From: a virus | Lineage: Duplodnaviria > Caudoviricetes | Direction: 5' to 3' (one strand) | DNA length: 29,427 nucleotides | Virus record (IMG/VR): IMGVR_UViG_3300048590_000053 | Span: 1 to 29,427 of that record | Shown here: positions 25,504-29,427 of the stretch, one piece after another | Position numbering within the stretch: the stretch's first letter is position 1 | How the letters are laid out: every line of letters begins with the position of its first letter | Translations under genes and position numbers: made by a program | The notes under the pieces: generated by a model | What the model was told of the DNA's origin: nothing | Seen by the model: only the letters and a program-made list of their open reading frames with translations | Databases searched by the model: none

Positions 25504-26931
25504 TCAGACGGCCACCCCTGGTAAGGACGAGGGCCAGGGGTCGATCGTTGTGTAAGTGAGTGTGCCGCGTGGAGCCTTGCCCACGACGGGTGTCAGCTCC
25601 AGACTTGCGCCAGAACTGGTGTTTACTGCGCCTTCAAATACCCCCGCCGCGCTAAACATCGCGTGCCGGAAGTCAGTCACTAACGCCGCATAACGGAATC
25701 CGGTCGGTGTTGCGTAGACGCCAGAGCCAGACGCCGACCCGCCTCCCGCCCACGCGAACCGCCACGCGACAACGCCTCCGATACGCCGCAGGTGGACCTT
25801 GACCGCTGAAACGCCCGTCCAGCCGGATACGTCCCCGCTCACATCCCGCCACCTGGTGTCGGCTTCCGGCCCAGCGACCCAGCCGGTGTTCCCGGTGCCG
25901 GTGGCCTTCACCCAGCGAATCCAGCCCTTCACGTCGGTGGTGGAGTCGGTTTGCAGGAACGCCGAGCCGGGCGGGGCGGCGATCACACCCTCGGGGACTC
26001 CGGTGCCGGACAGATCGACGGCGTTGTTGATGGCGATGTGACTGCTGCCGACCACCGGGGTGCCCGGCATGGTCCAGGTGCCGCCCGCGCCGACCCAGTA
26101 CCCAATATCGTCGGTGTAGAACGTCCCCGCCTGGGGTGTCGTGCCGGTGTCCAGAAAGACCGTCGCGTCAGTGACACTCCCCGCGCCGACCTCGCCTGCC
26201 GTGGCGGTGTGCTGCACCGTTGTCCACACACCGGCAGGGACCGTGACCGTCTTCGCGCTGTTGATGTACCCTGCGGCTGTTCGGAAGATGCCCACGCGAA
26301 GCGTCAGTTGCGTAGTCGCGTAGACCTTCGCCTGGACTGTGACTGTGGCATATCGATACAGCGGCAGCGTGGCGGTCGTCGTCCATCCCTGGTATGTGGA
26401 AACACCGTCGGAGACACACTTCAGGGCGCGGCTTCCACGGTAGGCGTAGTCGGTGCTGCTCGTCAGCGTGCCGCCCGCCGACTGCGGTGCGAACCCCGTC
26501 GTGTCCCCAAGCGTGTCCGTGCCGCTGGCCTGGTTCGCGGTGAGCAGGTTGCCGATCCGAAACACGTTCAGACCGCTCGCCTGCGTGCTGTCGTAGCCGA
26601 TCAGGGTGCCGTCCGCGCCCGCAGGCAACCGGCCCACCGTGTCGTTCGCAGTTCCTACAATCAAATCACCTTTTGCATCTACTAATGACTTTGCAATGGA
26701 TACCGATTGAACATGACTTTCAACAAAAGACTTGTTAGCCGCATGCCCCGCTACTGTGGGGGTAGGAACATTGGGGGATTGACTGAAGTTGACTAATCCT
26801 GTAACACTGCCCCCGGTGGTAGCCAGCATTTTAGCATCTACGTCTTGTGCTAGGTTCTTTACATCATCGGGCACTGCAACTGGTCCGGTATATTCAGGAT
26901 ATCTCAGTGCATGGTTAGTAGTTGTTCCCAC
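25504..26931 (-). CDS. Mosaic fibre / minor tail protein with carbohydrate-binding-like domain
   Basis: 475 aa; TTNHALRYP anchor, KGDLIVGTA motif, GNLLTAN...GSRALK CBM-like segment, GTGVPEGVIAAPPGS...GNTGW module. Confidence 0.8.
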   Translation of the reverse strand: MGTTTNHALRYPEYTGPVAVPDDVKNLAQDVDAKMLATTGGSVTGLVNFSQSPNVPTPTVAGHAANKSFVESHVQSVSIAKSLVDAKGDLIVGTANDTVGRLPAGADGTLIGYDSTQASGLNVFRIGNLLTANQASGTDTLGDTTGFAPQSAGGTLTSSTDYAYRGSRALKCVSDGVSTYQGWTTTATLPLYRYATVTVQAKVYATTQLTLRVGIFRTAAGYINSAKTVTVPAGVWTTVQHTATAGEVGAGSVTDATVFLDTGTTPQAGTFYTDDIGYWVGAGGTWTMPGTPVVGSSHIAINNAVDLSGTGVPEGVIAAPPGSAFLQTDSTTDVKGWIRWVKATGTGNTGWVAGPEADTRWRDVSGDVSGWTGVSAVKVHLRRIGGVVAWRFAWAGGGSASGSGVYATPTGFRYAALVTDFRHAMFSAAGVFEGAVNTSSGASLELTPVVGKAPRGTLTYTTIDPWPSSLPGVAV

Positions 26932-26937
26932 ATAGCA

Positions 26938-26946
26938 ATTATATCA
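26938..26946 (-). promoter_or_regulatory. Leaderless extended -10 promoter TGATATAAT
   Basis: 6 nt before GTG 26931. Confidence 0.8.
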
Positions 26947-27109
26947 CATGTTTGATGAGCCAGTTGTGGACATACCCGTGCTTAAGCACACACCTATTGT
27001 CGATATTCGGCAGCAAAGTCACTTTTGTTGTTTGGAAGGTTTTGTCATGATTATCGTTGTTTTCAAGGTCTTATCGTACTTTAGATACACGTATTCTACC
27101 CCCCCGTGT

Positions 27110-27472
27110 GTGTTCCCCAAGACAGTAGGGATGGGGAAAATACTTTTCCTGTCTTGCCAGTGAGTTTTTCAATCTTGTTACGGTTGCGTCCTCCTGGTCA
27201 CACGAGCACAACTTCACGGTCCTAGTGCATTCACTAGTAGTTTCTTTAGTTTTCAGGTGGTGAGTCTGTCAGGCCAGGAGGAACGGAAGGTACACGATGA
27301 AACGGGTAAAAGATCGCTGGCCTCTATGAATAACAAGACAACTCATAGAGCAGGTACCTTCCGCTGCGAGAGATGGTATGAGTTTCTCCAAACCCACCTT
27401 CAACTGGTTCTATGTACGCACCTCTCAGAGCCAGGCTAGTCGTTGTCGGGACAAGTCAACCTAGACGACGGT
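27110..27472 (-). ncRNA. Candidate large structured RNA, family not recognised
   Basis: Own promoter, no credible ORF, at least seven helices of 6-11 bp; wobbles read as G-U only on the minus strand. The 3' end is uncertain. Confidence 0.6.
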
Positions 27473-27478
27473 AACTTT

Positions 27479-27487
27479 ATTGTACCA
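27479..27487 (-). promoter_or_regulatory. Extended -10 promoter TGGTACAAT (no ORF downstream)
   Basis: Exact motif; predicted +1 at ~27472. Confidence 0.7.
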
Positions 27488-27489
27488 CA

Positions 27490-27539
27490 TGCAAGATTCC
27501 CCCGCCATTCGTGGGTGCGACACGAACAACGAGGGAACT
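27490..27539 (-). ncRNA. Candidate ~50-nt hairpin RNA
   Basis: Uninterrupted 17-bp stem (4 G-U) with 7-nt loop at 27497-27537, starting 2 nt after the predicted +1. Confidence 0.55.
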
Positions 27540-27545
27540 ACGTCT

Positions 27546-27554
27546 ATTGTACCA
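27546..27554 (-). promoter_or_regulatory. Extended -10 promoter TGGTACAAT (no ORF downstream)
   Basis: Second copy of GTGGTACAATA, 67 nt from the first. Confidence 0.7.
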
Positions 27555-27557
27555 CAC

Positions 27558-27586
27558 TTGTAATCCGCGTGCGTGTATGGTAGGAT
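27558..27586 (+). promoter_or_regulatory. Divergent leaderless promoter TTGTAA-N17-TAGGAT with TGn extension
   Basis: -35-like hexamer at 27558-27563; TGGTAGGAT at 27578-27586; 6 nt before ATG 27593. Confidence 0.75.
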
Positions 27587-27592
27587 GATGGT

Positions 27593-27760
27593 ATGCTCAC
27601 AACATGTAACCGTAAGGCATGCGACCTTACCACAGACATGCCAGACAGCGATTGGTTGTACGTCAAGCAAGGCCATGGAATCTTTGAGGATCATTGGTCA
27701 TTTTGTTCTTGGCGGTGTATGAGTATGTATGCTACCGAATACCGCCCATCATTTATGTAG
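27593..27760 (+). CDS. 55-aa putative treble-clef Zn-finger protein (not in ORF track)
   Basis: MLTTCNRKACDLTTDMPDSDWLYVKQGHGIFEDHWSFCSWRCMSMYATEYRPSFM*; Cx4C...FCSxxC; leaderless promoter; ends 9 nt before the next gene. Confidence 0.7.
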   Translation: MLTTCNRKACDLTTDMPDSDWLYVKQGHGIFEDHWSFCSWRCMSMYATEYRPSFM

Positions 27761-27769
27761 AGGAACACT

Positions 27770-28000
27770 ATGCTTATTAGATCAGACATTCTAGAACTAT
27801 ACATTGAGCCACCAAGGGTGCCGCTCGACACAAGCAAGATTGCAGACGCACGCTTCTATGCTGAAGTCGAACTTGTTGACGGAAGAGCATTTAATGGGTA
27901 CGTAGAGGACCACAGTTATATGCATTTAGACACAGACTTCGTATCAATTAAAATCAATACAGATACAGGTATCGTTACAATCGAAGGGTACAAGGTATGA
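27770..28000 (+). CDS. Hypothetical protein
   Basis: 76 aa; GAGGA SD; ATGA-coupled to thyX. Confidence 0.7.
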   Translation: MLIRSDILELYIEPPRVPLDTSKIADARFYAEVELVDGRAFNGYVEDHSYMHLDTDFVSIKINTDTGIVTIEGYKV

Positions 28001-28662
28001 CAGGATATGTAAAACTAGTAAGAGTTGACGGCACGGAACTGGATATTGTCAATAGTGCCAGGCTATCTTACAACAAGCAATCAACAACATTGAGTGATGC
28101 AGACAGGAAACTCATTAGGTTCCTCGTCAGAGAAAACCACACAAGTCCATTCAGGCACGTCCACCTATCACTAGAGTTTAAGGCTCCACTGATTGTCGCA
28201 CGACAGCACTGGCGTCATATTGTCGGGGCAAGTACATTAGAGGACGGTACTCCATTTAGTGAACTTTCCAGAAGATATGTTCGTGATGATGAAGAGTACT
28301 ACATGCCGACAACGTGGCGTACTGCGCCTGCTAATAGCAAGCAGGGAAGCGGAAAAGATATAACTGATGCGGAAACTATTGCCTTGATCAATGAACTATA
28401 TTCAGACTTTATCGAATACGGTGATAATCTATATCATAGGTTGATGGATTTGGGCGTAGCACCTGAGCAAGCCCGTCTAGCGCTACCGGCATACTCACTG
28501 TACACAAAGTATTTGTGGACTCCATCACTTCACGCCGCCATGAACTTTGTCGATCTTCGTCGTGCATCTGACGCGCAGGCAGAAATTAGAGAGTACTCAG
28601 ACGTGGTAGAGGGTATGATTAAAGATAACTTTCCGACTGTGTATGAGGAATGGACAGCCTAG
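27997..28662 (+). CDS. thyX: Flavin-dependent thymidylate synthase
   Basis: IVNSARLSY, HTSPFRH, APLIVARQHWRH, SELSRRY, NSKQGS, EQARLALP, AQAEIREY. Confidence 0.95.
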   Translation: MTGYVKLVRVDGTELDIVNSARLSYNKQSTTLSDADRKLIRFLVRENHTSPFRHVHLSLEFKAPLIVARQHWRHIVGASTLEDGTPFSELSRRYVRDDEEYYMPTTWRTAPANSKQGSGKDITDAETIALINELYSDFIEYGDNLYHRLMDLGVAPEQARLALPAYSLYTKYLWTPSLHAAMNFVDLRRASDAQAEIREYSDVVEGMIKDNFPTVYEEWTA

Positions 28663-28664
28663 TA

Positions 28665-28673
28665 TGGTAGAAT
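28665..28673 (+). promoter_or_regulatory. Leaderless extended -10 promoter TGGTAGAAT
   Basis: 6 nt before ATG 28680. Confidence 0.75.
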
Positions 28674-28679
28674 CAAGTC

Positions 28680-28898
28680 ATGGTTGAATACCCGGTCTAC
28701 GCCACTGAAGGCTATGACTCATTTATTGATGAATTGATTTTGGCTCGTAAGGCAGAAAACCTTGAGATTGATCAACTTGCCATGCCCCTGCATCTAGCGC
28801 GAGGTATCGAAGAGAAGACCAATTACGATATCAGAGATATCCTGTGGTATGCTGATTGCATTGGCCTTGATATCAATTTGGCATCGTCTCTATGGTGA
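28680..28898 (+). CDS. Putative XRE-like helix-turn-helix protein
   Basis: LILARKAENLEIDQLA...RGIEE...ILWYADCIGLDI matches the XRE pattern, with an apparently shortened HTH. Confidence 0.55.
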   Translation: MVEYPVYATEGYDSFIDELILARKAENLEIDQLAMPLHLARGIEEKTNYDIRDILWYADCIGLDINLASSLW

Positions 28899-29158
28899 GT
28901 AAGAGGGCAACCCGTCGGGCAGCGATATGGAAACTGTTGCAAGACTATAAACTTATCCAAGGATGCTGTAACTGCGGGTATAGAGACCATCCAGTAGCAC
29001 TACACTTTCACCACTTAGTAGACAAGAAATCTAATGTATCAGATTTAGTACGCAGCGACTACGCACTGACAACAATTATGAAAGAAGTATCAAAATGCAT
29101 AGTTATGTGTTCGAACTGTCATGCTGTAGAAACGCATACGTTGCGCAACATTAAATGA
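28892..29158 (+). CDS. HNH endonuclease-like protein
   Basis: CCNCGY...ALHFHH...KCIVMCSNCHAVETH. Confidence 0.8.
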   Translation: MVSKRATRRAAIWKLLQDYKLIQGCCNCGYRDHPVALHFHHLVDKKSNVSDLVRSDYALTTIMKEVSKCIVMCSNCHAVETHTLRNIK

Positions 29159-29427
29159 TCCTGTCGATTTCTTTTTTTAGTGAAGCAATCTCTAAGGCCA
29201 AGAATTCATTTTGCTCTAGCAACAGTGTATTTTGGTCATGTAATTTGTCCAGTGATTCCTCTAGCAGTTTGTTTTGAATCTTGAATTTGGCCAGTTCTTC
29301 TTTTGTCGCTTTGAGTTCTTCGCGCAGAGAGTCCATTACGTCTCTGATAGCATCCACCGCGCTTCCAGACGCAACTGCAATGCTGCCGGAAATATCGGTT
29401 CCGGTCTTCTTCTTGTTAAGTAGCCAT
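29151..29427 (-). CDS. Coiled-coil protein, possibly membrane-anchored (5' end outside window)
   Basis: Frame is open to the window edge (WLLNKKKTGTDISGSIAVASGSAVDAIRD...), then a heptad-rich coiled coil; convergent with HNH. Confidence 0.6.
   Translation of the reverse strand, partial: WLLNKKKTGTDISGSIAVASGSAVDAIRDVMDSLREELKATKEELAKFKIQNKLLEESLDKLHDQNTLLLEQNEFLALEIASLKKEIDRII

Noticed and set aside
5010-26685. Numerous overlapping alternate-frame or antisense ORFs (e.g. 8685..9356, 11516..12100, 23318..23782, 25951..26685)
   Set aside because: They overlap well-supported genes; long shadow ORFs are expected in the high-GC islands.
19603-26931. Diversity-generating retroelement or invertase shufflon
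   Set aside because: No reverse transcriptase, recombinase or near-identical TR/VR repeat pair seen in the window; similarities are at protein level only.
26990-27475. tmRNA or group I intron interpretation (NNKSDFAA-like frame; CAACGACTA)
   Set aside because: No tRNA-like acceptor/T-arm, the tag does not end in AA-stop, and there is no matching S element or interrupted gene.
26948-27694. Track ORFs 26948..27163, 27257..27439 and 27461..27694
   Set aside because: No convincing initiation signals or protein-like features; they overlap promoters, the structured RNA and the better-supported 27593..27760 gene.
1-29427. CRISPR array, tRNA genes, integrase/att site, stop-codon reassignment
   Set aside because: None seen by eye; genes terminate normally with TAA, TAG and TGA.

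Overview
A ~29 kb segment of a tailed dsDNA phage with a long non-contractile tail (siphovirus-like). The host is inferred to be an actinobacterium, from the leaderless promoters, the class II RNR and the fibre motifs. Most of the window is on the minus strand. In transcription order it encodes: mosaic fibre/adaptor genes and a probable holin (26931-19015), a monomeric class II ribonucleotide reductase, a 1302-aa LamG-like virion protein, portal, protease-scaffold, HK97-fold capsid, head-tail joining genes, major tail protein, tail assembly chaperones with a -1 frameshift, and a tape measure protein that runs off the left edge. A divergent promoter region at ~27480-27590 separates this from a short plus-strand block (small Zn-finger protein, ThyX, HTH, HNH). 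Main observations: (1) a promoter-driven, ORF-free, strongly base-paired RNA locus at ~27110-27540; (2) an apparently split fibre whose last repeat is completed by three alternative MxWxxR tip genes; (3) 17 near-identical -10 promoters, 11 of them exactly 6 nt before a start codon (leaderless); (4) two high-GC fibre-tip swaps with visible scars, one carrying a convergent mini-gene that mimics the fibre C-terminus. All calls are by eye; no searches or folding programs were run.
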